Source of the DNA: Octopus sinensis
Lineage: Eukaryota
Reading direction: 5' to 3'
DNA length: 64,000 bases
Assembly (NCBI RefSeq): GCF_006345805.1
Contig: NC_043002.1
Span: forward strand, 69,874,001-69,938,000
Below, one piece after another: positions 50,681-63,598 of the stretch. Below the pieces are notes generated by a model. The model was not told where the DNA came from. It saw only the letters and a program-made list of their open reading frames with translations, and did not search any database. Numbering within the stretch: position 1 is the stretch's first letter; each line of letters begins with the position of its first letter. A program made the position numbers and the translations under genes.

Positions 50681-52414
50681 AACATAAAATAAGTAACCAA
50701 TGGATCGACAAAATAATAGGTGATCGATAAGGAGATAATGATAGGTAACTAATCAACACATCATGATAGGTATTCTTGAAACAGAAACAATGATAACTAA
50801 TCATCGACCCAATACAATGGTTTCTGATTTAGGCACGAGGTCAGCAAATACCATTGACCTTGGTACTTTATTGGTTATTTATTTTATCTGCCTTGAAGGA
50901 TTGGAACGCAAAATTGACCTCGGCGTGTTTCGAACTCAGAACGTTAAGAACTGGATCAAATACTCCAGTGCGTTTTTCTGACCCACTACCAGCTCTCCGC
51001 TTTCATGAGCAAACTCAATGTAAGATGACTAATGAATACACAACGATAGGGGACTAATGAATGCATAATGATAGGTGAATAATAAAGAGAGACCGTGAGA
51101 GGTGACTGAAGAACTATCTTTAGTCGGCGATGTGGAGTGGTCATGGCAAGAGTGCTTTGATCACGAGTCTGCTCATTCAGTGTTCACCCGAAATTAAGAA
51201 ACAGACAATAACGAGATTATCGTCTTCGATCCAGTTAGAAGACCTCTTCGTGGTTGTTGGTGACTTGAAATTATTGTAGAAATTCTGGCTCAGGTTTTTG
51301 ATATTACTGGGTGTATTGTGATGATGTAGTGCAAAGCTGACTAGTTTATGCGGTATGAATTCATGGACATAACTCAGAACTAACTACAAAATGCCGGTGC
51401 CGTCTGTTCTTATGGGTTTCTCCAAGGAGCTACATGACCACAACAGAGTCAAATCTGAAGAAATCACATCTGAATGAGAGTTAAGGAGTCATCAAAGTGG
51501 CACACTCTGCCTCTGCTCCAGTATCTCTAAGAAACTCATCCTTTCGCACTGAGGGGTCAATTTAGCTGTTTTTGAGAAAAAACCCTGTTGGTTTTCGGAA
51601 AACAATAACAGAAAATATCATCTGTTCAGCACTCAATAGTGAAGTTGATGGAAATTGATGTTTGTTGATTTATTTTCCTCTTTGGTGACTCAAACTCCTT
51701 CGGTGCACCCCTATTGACCAACAACCCTTCCTCTGCAACACACCATATTCCAGGACCTTCCATAAGGATTTGAAATGCTCTGGATGGGCAGCATTTGCAA
51801 TTATGTGAAGTACGTCACTTGAGCTTGGAGCAGAGGCAGGATGTGCTGCTTTGATGACTCCAGACAGACGGACTTTGCCGATACTAGAGAAGAGTCAGTC
51901 AGTCTGGTTCTGGAAGTTCATCAGCGACAACTTAACTCTTTGTATGGATTTTCTGTTACCTTAATTTGTATTTTTAGATGCTTGTGGTACGTCCAGAAAC
52001 TACTTGCAACGTAGCATTTTAGAAAAAACTGTGATCATTGGATAAACTAAGAAACCATGAAGCAGCTCCTCCTCCTTTCTCCTTTTCTCATCCTGTTGGC
52101 AAAATTTACCTAGTGATGGTGAAGAGGGGCTCCTTTTCTTTCACCGAATCACTCGAGATGCCATGAAGGAAACGAATACTTTTACTCCGTTGAGGACGTG
52201 ATGGCTACTATGCTTGTTTTTCTTCGATGGATGTCCTGAAGTGTCTTATTTTAAAAAGTTTGCTGCCTCTTTAGGGTAACTATTTATCTAAGAACCTACC
52301 GATCTACCTACCTACATACATATATATATATATATAATATATATAGGTATTTCGTCTGCCGTTACGTTCTGAGTTCAAATTCTACCGAGGTCGACTTTGC
52401 CTTTCATATATATA

Positions 52415-52477
<63 letters not shown>

Positions 52478-52623
52478 CGCAGGAGTGGCTGTGTGGTAAG
52501 TAGCTTGCTTACCAACCACATGGTTCCGGGTTCAGTCCTTGGGGAAGTGTTTTCTATTAGAGCGTCGGACAGACCAAAGCCTTGTGAGTGGATTTGGTAG
52601 ACGGAAACTGAAAGAAGCATGTC

Positions 52624-52732
<109 letters not shown>

Positions 52733-53464
52733 GTATGTGTGTGCGCGCGAGTGTATGTGTTTGTGTGTCTGTGTTGGTTCCCACAACATCGCTTGACAAC
52801 CGACGGTGGTGTGTTTACGTCTCCGTAACTTAACGGTTCGGCAAAAGAGACCGATAGAATAGGACAGACAAACGGATAAAGTCGATTATATCGACCCCAG
52901 TGCGTAATTGGTACTTAAGTTATCGACCCCGAAAGGATGAAAGGCAAAGTCGAACTCGGCGGAATTTGAACTCAGAACGTAACGACAGACGAAATACCGC
53001 AAAGCATTTCGCCCGACGTGCTAACGATTTTGCCAGCTCGCCGCCTTCGCCTTACTTTATAATAAGTGTATTGAGAATGATTTCGGAATGAGTTTGTGTT
53101 CAAGGATGAAAGTTGGTTTAGAGCTAAGGCTGGGGGTAAGAGTCGAGTACATAAGGCTTAGGGTTAAAGTTGCTTGTGTTAGGATACTATCTGAAAAAAA
53201 AAAATCTGATTCCTTAAAAAGTGATAAAAAATGCTATGCTGTTTTGAAATTTCTTTGAATATGCGCAAAACTCGAAATGAAGAATAATAGCCAAGTATTT
53301 GTCTTGAAAACAATCCTGGCTCGGGATCGTTAACTTTGAGATGTCATTATTCTTTTATTCTGTCGAGTTGATGGTTATAAATGTATAGGGTTGCTCAGAG
53401 AGTTTCAGTCCTGATCGAAATGGAATGTGATAAAAGGTAGTCCAATTATGACTATCCAGACTTT

Positions 53465-53879
53465 GGATCTTTTCGGTTTGAACGGCAGTTTTTTCTAGCG
53501 TTGTCATATGAAATTGTCACCCATAATTATGACCCTAGTATCGATCTATTGCATTTCAATCTATTTTAGGGCTAGGGGTGGGGGTGGGGGGACGGCTATC
53601 TTTTTTTCTTCATAAATGTAAATAAACCCAATCTGTTTCTTAAACGAGGGACATATTCATACGGCACAGAATGTTGTTTACCTCAATGGACGTCAGTGAT
53701 TGGTTGAAATTGCAGAAATTGAAGAAAAAAACAACAAATATCTTACAAACTATAGAATTTTCTCAATAAAGCCGAGAGAAAAAGATGTTTTATAAACATA
53801 TTCTACTAGTATACGAAGTTTAAAATTTTTTAGTTACCTAGAAATTATGTTAAAAACTGCCGTTCAAACCGAAAAATCC
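53465..53879. mobile_element. 415-bp MITE with ~28-nt TIRs and 8-bp TSD CAGACTTT
   Basis: TIRs ggatcttttcggtttgaacggcagttttt / aaaaactgccgttcaaaccgaaaaatcc. TSD at 53457-53464 and 53880-53887. Confidence 0.9.
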
Positions 53880-54190
53880 CAGACTTTTTCCAGAAAGGTT
53901 GGGCAACCACATAGTTTTCTAGTATTATATTATTCAAGACGTAAAAACATGACTGGAGGAAGATTTGGGGCGCTATTTCTAGTAAATCTAACAACCATGA
54001 AGTAGAAGCTTTAGCAACGTAGTTGTTTCGTTTAAGAGTTACCTCCCCTGAATCAGACACCGTGTAGCGCCGCCTAGATACTATTCGTAACACAAAGAGA
54101 AAGTAAAAACAAGCAGACATCTCCAGACTATGGCTGGTGGTGGATGATCTCGTTATGGCTATGAGAAGTCAGAGCTGTTCCAGTGAAATC

Positions 54191-54260
54191 ATGTCGGTTA
54201 CGTCTGCTAGAGATAAATTTGAAGCTGCTGTCAAAGTTATAAGGAGCTTACCTAAAAATG
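54191..54260 (+). CDS. ACBD5: First coding exon of acyl-CoA-binding domain-containing protein 4/5 homologue (MSVTSARDKFEAAVKVIRSLPKNG, phase-1 donor at 54261)
   Basis: FEAAVKVIRSLPKNG closely matches the N-terminal ACB-domain motif FEAAVKVIQSLPKNG of vertebrate ACBD5/ACBD4, and GT follows the first G of the Gly codon. In-frame upstream ATGs at 54155 and 54161. Exon 2 was not found in the window. Confidence 0.85.
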
Positions 54261-55261
54261 GTCTGTATATTAAGCAATACATAACTGTTGATTACTTTTA
54301 ATATTTTCTCTTGTGTTTCTTGAGTCCACCTTTTTTTTTAATATGATCTAAACACCTCGTTGTTCTTATATTTCTCTCCGTTCTTTTCTCAGAGGTTTAG
54401 CCTCTTATGGTCTGTGGAAGAAGAAATTATTGTTACTTTTATTATCTATGTGTCATTATGTTAACGTATGTTCGGTTTCGATTTTCTAAGTCATTTTGCG
54501 TTTAGGTTAATCAAATTTTACGTTAATACTATTTAATGTTTGAAAGGCGTGGATGGAAGTTACTCTTTTTAATAGTTTATGTTTGCAGTTTTTATATAAG
54601 GGATCTCATTTGGGGTGTATTTGTTGTGTAGATCAATAACTAAAACCGTCAGCGTTGTTTGTATATAAAAAGAAATCACTGTCGGTGTTATACAATCAAA
54701 GGACGAATAAAATATTTTGTATTAGTTGCACATATTTATTTTCTGAGTTCAAATCCTGCTGAAGTCAACATTGCTCTTCAGCCTTCAAGTGTAGGTAGAA
54801 TTTAGTACCAGTGAAATTACTTGAATCAATTTCATTGATCTGCACCTGCCCCCAAATTTATAATGTCGTGCTCATTCGATTTTGCTGGCTTCCTCGTTTG
54901 GACCTAGTTGGCGGTCTTCTTGGAACTTTCTCATACCTGTGTATACTGTTGCTTATCTATGTTCATTTAATCTCCTCGTATCTCTAATACTTTTTGTAAC
55001 CTGCCCTTATTATTTCCGCTCATCGAATACCTTTCTGACAATAATAAAAAAAGGAGGTCAACCTTACCTTTCATCCTTTCGACGTTGAGGAAATAAAGTA
55101 CCAGCCTCTTTCCCCATATATTCGTGGTTTTGTGTTTATATTAACATTCAGTATTATGTATGCTTCAATGAGATCCACAAAATAGTTGAATCCATTTTTT
55201 ACTACACCTGAGTGACCTGCATTGCTTTCCATACAACCCTCCCCACTAACTTCCCTTGTGA

Positions 55262-55352
<91 letters not shown>

Positions 55353-55582
55353 CATCCATCCATCTCTCCCGCCCCCCCTCTCTCTCACTCTAGCTATCTA
55401 TCTATCTCCCACTTTTTTTTTCACGATCCCTTTTGATCGGAATTCGCCCCCCCCTTTTTTTTTATTTCATGACCCCTTTTGCTCGGAATTCGCCCCGCCC
55501 TTTTTCCCCTTCTCTACTCCCCCCCCAAGCTCTACTTTGTATTTTGTTCCTTCTGTGTTAGCCCTGCATGGCCATTAAAGAA

Positions 55583-55626
<44 letters not shown>

Positions 55627-55829
55627 GTCTGTCTGTCTGTCTATCTATCTATATATCTATATATATATATAGGAATGAGTAAACAAACGGAAGCAAGTAG
55701 CCCTCAACACATTTGGTTGTAGTTATGCATTTGTAACAGTGTGACTGAGCTCCACATTACCTGGTGTAGGGTATGATCACATTATGACATGCCACCGAAA
55801 ACCTACCGAGGTGAACGCGACCTACGCCT

Positions 55830-55830
55830 A

Positions 55831-55865
<35 letters not shown>

Positions 55866-56125
55866 TACATATATACATATGTTTATATATACACAGATAC
55901 ATATATACATATGTTTATAAATATATATATATATATATGTATGTATATATGTATGTATATATATATGTATGTATATATATATGTATGTATATATATATGT
56001 ATGTATATATGTATATATATGTATGTATATATGTATATATATGTATGTATATATGTATATATATGTATGTATATATGTATATATATGTATGTATGTATAT
56101 ATATGCATGTATGTAGGTATATATG

Positions 56126-56156
<31 letters not shown>

Positions 56157-56582
56157 GTATATATATGTATGTATATATGTATGTATGTATATATATGTAT
56201 GAATGTATATATATGTATATATGTATATATGTATATATGTATATATATGTATGTATGTATATATATATATGTATGTATATATATATATATGTATATATAT
56301 GTATGTATGTATATATGTATATATATGTATGTATATGTATGTATGTATATATTATATATATGTATATATGTATATATGTATGTATATATGTATATATATT
56401 ATGTATATATGTATATATATATGTATGTATATATATTTATGTATATATGTTATATATGTATGTATATATGTATATAATGTATGTATATATATATATATAT
56501 GTATGTAATATGTATATATATGTATGTATATATGTATATATATGTATGTATGTATATATATGCATGTATGTAGGTATATATG

Positions 56583-56645
<63 letters not shown>

Positions 56646-56727
56646 GTATATATATGTATGAATGTATATATATGTATGTATGTATATATGTATATATATG
56701 TATGTATGTATATATATATGTATGTAT

Positions 56728-56761
<34 letters not shown>

Positions 56762-56945
56762 GTATATATGTATATATATGTATGTATATGTATGTATGTA
56801 TATATGTATATATATGTATATATGTATATATATGTATGTATATATGTATATATATATATGTATGTATATATATTTATGTATATATGTATATATATGTATG
56901 TATATATATATATGTATGTATATATATGTATATATATATATATAT
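55830..56945. repeat. 1.1-kb compound (TA/TG) microsatellite in the putative ACBD5 intron 1
   Basis: Seen directly; it explains the many YICM-type ORFs in the track. Confidence 0.95.
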
Positions 56946-59274
56946 AAGTCAAGATTCACTACATATATATATAATATATATATTATGTAATCTATTATAT
57001 AGAATACAAATTAGTTGATCTATTATATAGATATCATGCTTTTACTGTACGTAGCAAAATATATTGAAACTAGTTTTAAGACAGTTCATTTGTGAAACCG
57101 GTTCATCTAAAAAGACTGCGCTCTCTTCCCAATCAGAATACAGGCACCTATGTAGGCGCACATGCAAGTCTCCTTACAAGTTGTATGTATAAACATTAAG
57201 GTTATTAAGGTTTTTTGTTTTCTAATTTTTGATTTGAAGCCATTTCCATCATTTTACACTTACTATGTTACATCCATGAGAGAGTCATGAACGTCACGTA
57301 ATCTCATTTCTAATTATAAAATATGAAACGTTGTGCTTGTGTAACTTGAGGTCTACTTAATGTTCTTTTCCTGAGTTAACAACTAAAGGAAAAATCTATG
57401 ATATACATGTTATAAATTCCCTGACGCAGGACTTCACAACCATTTTGATTACTATTTTATTCTCGATGTTTAAAAACTAGGTTTATAGAAACTTCTCTCA
57501 ACACTCCTTTTTTGTTTTGTCACACTTGTGTAGGTTAAACTATATAAAACAGAATAAAAAAACCTAGCTGTTTCTTGCAATACATACCAATACATATATC
57601 TAAATCAAAATATCTTCAGGGGCTCTTAAAATACCATCGTTGATCCCCAATTTACTATTTCTTTGGGTAGACTCCAAAAATCTTATATGGACCCTGGTTA
57701 AGAACCACCGATCTAACGTATCACTGTACCTATGTCTATGTTTTTGTGTATATGCGTGCGCTCGAAGCTAGTGCTTTATCCATCGCTTCTTGTCTTCTAA
57801 TTGCAATGATTTAGGTAACACTAACTATAGATATAAAATAAAATGAAAAAGTGGAATAAAAATCGCTTTCTAACAAATAAATATATAAATAAATAATTTG
57901 CTCTACGTTTATAAGTTATTCTCTCATTTGTGGTTTAATCAAAGAAACGCGTGTTCATGTATAATAGACACACGTACACATGTACACGCGCGCATATTTC
58001 TTAGCAATGCGTGTTTGTCTGTTTTTTGTTCTGTCGATCCTTCTATTTCTCAACAGTATGTCTTTCTTTCCGTCTACTGGTCTGTCTGTGCGTCTTGTCT
58101 AGCTTTCCATCTGAGTTTGAATAACTACTATTTATTTATGGAAGCCAACAAGAGAGCCACTACGTTAGTGAGGTAGGTTGATTGGCCACTCGACCAGCTA
58201 GAAATAGCAGCCAGATCTTACTGAAATCCGATCCCCTACACGAGTGAGACCTAGTAATAGATACACGATGACTGAATAAGAGTCGGGATGGTCTTGGTTG
58301 CAAAGCTTTTGATTAATATGTCTCTGCTTAATCAGAATACTGACTTGACGCTAAAGTATAAGAAGACTTACTACTACTACTTATGTATCTATTTGTTGAT
58401 TTTCTCGTATTTCTCAAACAAGTGCACTGACCGTATTAAATGCGTTGGTAGAAGATCTAATCAGGAATCATTTTGTACAAGACGAGGCAGTGTTCGAACC
58501 TCTGTGTAAGCCACTGCTTGACCTGCTCGAAATAGCAAACAAATCACCTCGAATTACCCCCCCCCCCCTACCTACACACACACACATACACACGTACTTT
58601 TTGCTATCTTAGAAATGGAAGCACACATTGGGTAAGGTATTTTCCTGCACTGAAAGATAAAAAAAAAAAAGGAATTCATTTGGTCTTAAATCTGATTGAC
58701 CAGAGTTTGATGACCTTGGAAACTAAGCAACACCAATCTTAGTCCACAAACTCATTTGTTAGTAATTCTTTTACCTCCACTTCAGTGCTCTCTCTCTCTC
58801 TCTTTCTAATCTAAACTAGTACTTAACCAACGAGTATATATTTGTTCTGTTGCCATAGACTAGACGTGCAGCTAAACGTGAATGTGATTAGAGAAAGCTG
58901 TTGTCGTTTACTAGTTGTCACCCACCTCTTACCTGCTGCTTTGTGTTTCTAGTACCTGGCTGAGCATTTGACAATAGAATAATAACAAAAAATGATGTAT
59001 TTTTTTATAGGTCACCATGAATTGATGTTTTCTACTTGCAGTTAGTTTTGATTGTAGATAGGGTTACACAAATCTGCAATATTCCAACTACAGTTTGACA
59101 ATGTTTTGTCCTCTTCTACAAAGAATAAGATCTATATCTATATATATATTATCTTTCATTTACCATGGTCACTTGATGTCAAGAGGAGGTACAAGCACGC
59201 ATCCATACACATACATAGTTATCTATTTATCTATCCATCCATCCATCCATAACCCACACACATTATATCATCAT

Positions 59275-59994
59275 CATCGTTTAACGTCCATGTTCCACGC
59301 TGGCATGGGTTGGACGGTTTGACTGAGGACTGGCGAGCCAGAAGGCTGTACCAGGTTCCTATCTGAGCTGGCAAAGTTTCTACAGGTGGATGCCCTTCCT
59401 AACGCCAACCACTCCGAGAGTGTAGTGAGTGCTTTTCACATGTCACTGGCATGAGGGCCAGTCAATTGGTTCTGGCAATGAACACTCTCAAAGGTGTTTT
59501 TACGTGACACGTAAAAGGACCCAGCACACTCTATAAAGTGGTTAGGAAAGGCATCCAGCCATAGAAACCATCCCAAATCAGAATGGAGTCTAATGCAGCC
59601 CCACTGGCTTGCCAGCTCTGGTCAGGCTGTCCAACCCATTACCCATGCCAGAATGGGCAACAGACGTTAATGGATGGTGATATTGATGATGATGATGATG
59701 ATATATATATATATCAGAGAGGTCGTTGCCAGTGCTGCCGGACTGGCTCCTGTACAGGTGGCACATAAAAAGCACGATTTGAGCGTGGCTGTTGCCAGTA
59801 CCACCTGACTGGCCCTCGTGCCGTTGGCACGTAAAAGCACCCACTACACTCTCAGAGTGGTTGGCGTTAGGAAGGGCATCCAGATATAGCAACTCTGCCA
59901 GATCAGATTGGAGTCTGGTGCAGCCATCTGGTTCGCCAGACCTCAGTTAAATCGTCTAACCCATGCTAGCATGGAAAACGGACATTAAATGATG
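59275..59994. mobile_element. Three copies of an RTE-associated short element, outer two inverted
   Basis: 59275-59464 vs 59806-59994 are reverse-complement homologues (ggatgcccttcctaacgccaaccact motif). A partial copy lies between them and another at ~61375-61535. Confidence 0.75.
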
Positions 59995-61534
59995 TGTGCA
60001 ATACAGTAGTATTGCTTCCCAGTAAAACAAAGCACCATCAGGTTAAAGTCTCAGATGAGTATATACTGGCATTGATGTAGCGACATTTGAGGTTTTTGTC
60101 TATTTGAATCTAACCAATGACAACTAATCAATTTTACGTAAACAAATGTAATTTGGAAAGTTCGAAACCTAGGTCCTAGATTATCCACATCTCTTACTCT
60201 TTTACTTGTTTCTGTCATTTGACTGCAGCCATGCTGGAGCACTGCCTTTAGTCGAGCTAATCGATCCCAGGACTTATTCTTTGTAAGCCTAGTACTTATT
60301 CTATCAGTCTCTTTTGCCGAACCACTAAGTTACAGGGATATAAACACACCAGCATCGGTTGGTAAGCGATGTTGGGTGGGACAAACACATACACATATAT
60401 ATACATATACATATATACAACGGGCTTCTTTTCAGTTTCCGTCTACCAAATCCACTCACAAGGCTTTGGTCGGTGTCCAAGGCTATAGTAGAAGACACTT
60501 GCCCAAGGTGCCACGCAGTGGGACTGAACCCAGAACCATGTGGTTGGTAAGCAAACTACTTACCACACAGCCACTCCATCTGTGTTGTACATTTATTTAA
60601 TGTTCTTCCTACAGATAAGATGAAATTTTTTATGTTCGTCACCCACTCACATGCTTGCCAGTATATAAATACAGTGAAGCTTTACTATAGCATTGTATAT
60701 TATCGACTGCTATTTCCATTAAATATTCGTGCATTGTTGTACCATTATCTTATTATATATATATATATAGGTGCAGGTGTGGTTGTATTGCAAGAAGTTT
60801 GCTTCCCAACCACATACTTCTGGGTTCAGTCCCACTGCATGGCACCTTGGGCAGGTGTTATCTATTATAATCTTAGGCCAACCAAAGCCTTGTGATGGGA
60901 TTTGGTAGACAAAAACTGAAAGTATCCTGTGTGTGTGTGTATGTGTATATATATATACATATATGTGTGTGTGTGTGTCTCCCCTACCACTGCTTGTTAA
61001 CTGGTATTGGTGTGTTTACTTCCCCATGACTTAGTGCTTTGGCAAAAGAGACCTTTCAAATAAGTACCAGACTTAAAACAAAATAGTACTAGGGTCAATT
61101 CATTCAACTAAAAGTTTCCTCTAGGCAGTGCCCCAGCATGGCCACAGTCTAATGACTGAAGCAGGTAAAAGATAAATGATATACAGCGAGCTTCTTTCAG
61201 TTTCAGTCTACTCACAAGAGTTTGGTCAACCAAGACACTTGCTCGAGGTGTCACACCGTGAGACTGAACCTGAAATTATGCGGTTCAGAGGCAAACTTCT
61301 TAACTACTCAGTCACACCTGTATGTCTGTCTGACTGTCTCTCTCTGTCTTTCTATCTCTTTATGTATATATAGCTTGCATCCTCATTTAGTGTCTGTTTT
61401 CCATTCTGGTATCGGTTAGATGGTTTGACTGGAACTAGTAAGCCAGAGAACTGCACCAGGCCCCTGTCTGTTTTGGCTTGGTTTTTACAACTGGGTGCCC
61501 TTTCTAATGTCAACCACTCCACAGAATGTACTGG

Positions 61535-62439
61535 ATGCCATTAACATGTCACCAGCATGGGTGCCCTTAATGTGTTACCAGCATGAGTGCCAATAAAATG
61601 TCACTAGCATGGGCGCCTTGAATATGCTACCAGCATGGTTGGCATTAACATGTCACCAGCATGGGCACCTTTAATGTGTTACCAATATGGGTGCTATTAA
61701 CATGTCACCACAGTGGTGGTTGCTTGTTCTGTGGGTGGTTGTCTGCCACCTCGTTGGCTCTCGTTTTCTGGGACGCTGGCATCAGATGCACTTCCCCTCT
61801 GATCCGTCGTTGCAACCTGTTCCTGTCGGGCTGGTAGGCATGTGGCATCTGCAGGTCGCAGATAAGCACCCTGCTCCTGTTGGCTTCGCAGCCGGCTGGC
61901 TTTGAGATCCACGTGCTTCTCTTGACCAGGCCTATCACTCCATGAAAATGCAGGCACGGCTAACTGACTGTGATGGGCTAACACACCTCGCCTTCAGCAA
62001 GCACGATAGAGCGAGTCACGCACCGTTGCTGCACACTGTGATGCGGCCACCCGTGCACCACCACGTTGCCTCCCTTGCAGTGGTTGCAGGACCACCCAAA
62101 AAGCCGCCGTTCATCGACGAGCATCAGCAACCTACCCAACCCGTGTTTAACGTGTTACCAGCATGGGTACCATTAACATGTCACCGGCAAGGGTGCCTTT
62201 AACTTGTTACCAGCATAAGTACCAATAAAATGTCACTAGCATGGGTGCCTTGAATGTGCTACCAGCATGGGTAGCATTAAAATCTCACCAGCATAGGCGC
62301 CTTTAATGTGTTACCAACACAGGTGCCATAAACATGTCACCGGCACGAGCACCTTTAACGTGTTACCAGCATGAGGGCCAATAAAATGTCACCAGCATGG
62401 GCGCCTTTAATGTGTTGCCAGCATGGGTACCTTTAATGC
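61535..62439. repeat. 26-nt minisatellite (alternating monomers, ~17 units) interrupted by a ~435-bp GC-rich insert (61711-62145)
   Basis: Units accagcatgggtgccattaacatgtc and accagcatgggcacctttaatgtgtt. Confidence 0.85.
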
Positions 62440-62630
62440 AAGCATTGAAGCAATTAAAAACACTTGCTGCTTCTGTTGCCTGGTATGATTGTGGTTTGCT
62501 TTATGTGTCTTGACCTGCAATACATAAAAACAACATGTCTAAACTGGCTTATCTCCAAAATTGTTTACTGTACACCTTTACTATATGCTACTGAATAGGT
62601 CATTGTTGATGCTCTTCTTGACAGAATTAC

Positions 62631-62814
62631 TCTCTCTGTATGGTCAGGAAGCCTACTTTGCAACCATGTGGATTTGGGTTCAGTCCTACTGCACAGCACC
62701 TTGGGAGGTGTCTTCTACTATATCTCTCTGTATGGTCAGGAAGCCTACTTTGCAACCATGTGGATTTGGGTTCAGTCCTACTGCACAGCACCTTGGGAGG
62801 TGTCTTCTACTATA
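62631..62814 (+). repeat. Perfect 92-bp tandem duplication of a diverged SINE-A head
   Basis: 62631-62722 is repeated at 62723-62814. Confidence 0.9.
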
Positions 62815-62924
62815 TCTTAAGACCAATCAATGCATTGTGAGTGAATTCGGTGGACAGAAACTGCGTGGAAGCCCATGACATACATACATAAATACACATG
62901 CACACACACACACACACACACACA

Positions 62925-63220
62925 CTGAACTATTGAGAAATCTGCAGTTACTCTATCCGGATTACAAGTTCATGTTTATACCTGTAATTGTTGGGGTCCT
63001 GGCATATGTAATGCACTGCCTAAATACCAATCTTGAAAAATTATGCTTCTCAAAACCAGAAAGGAGAAAGATAATTTGAAGATTGCACATCCAATCCATC
63101 ACTGGAACTGTAAAAATCTGTAAAGCTTTCTAGAAGTTTATCATTTAAATATATATGAGCATGTCTAGATATGTAACTATATGCATGAGAGAACATAAAA
63201 CATACAAATCTGCACATACA

Positions 63221-63254
<34 letters not shown>

Positions 63255-63598
63255 CATAAATACATACACACACAAATACAAACAAAAATACCCTGTTGTT
63301 GATGTTGAAATTCCAAAGAAGGAACCTTGGTTCTCAGTTACAAACTGTTTCCTTCTCTATTGGCAAGAAATCTTGAAATAAACAGAATAATGTCATACAT
63401 ATATAAGCATGTCTAGACATGGAACTATACATATGTGAATACACACATAAAACAAAACATACAAATCTGCATATATACATACACACATGTGAAAATACCC
63501 TGTTGATGTTGTTGAAATTCCAAGGAAGGAGCCTTGGATCTAGATTAGAAACTACCTCTTTTGGCAAGAAGTCTTGAAATAAAACTGAATAATAACAT
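62925..63598 (+). mobile_element. 3' end of R4/Dong-type retrotransposon with partly duplicated 3' UTR, ending in (CATA)n
   Basis: ELLRNLQLLYPDYKFMFIPVIVGVLAYVMHCLNTNLEKLCFSKPERRKII*RLHIQSITGTVKICKAF. Confidence 0.75.

Noticed and set aside
51100-51140. CTGAAGA followed by a small hairpin (possible second hammerhead)
   Set aside because: No GAAA or stem III/stem I partner follows.
58985-59045. Acceptor-like ttttttatAG as possible ACBD5 exon 2
   Set aside because: The phase-1 translation (GHHELMFSTCS*) does not match the expected SFQP...FY..YKQAT and hits a stop.
61535-62439. Regularly spaced repeats resembling a CRISPR array; also the tRNA array periodicity
   Set aside because: Eukaryotic context, no unique spacers (units are contiguous and degenerate), and no cas genes.
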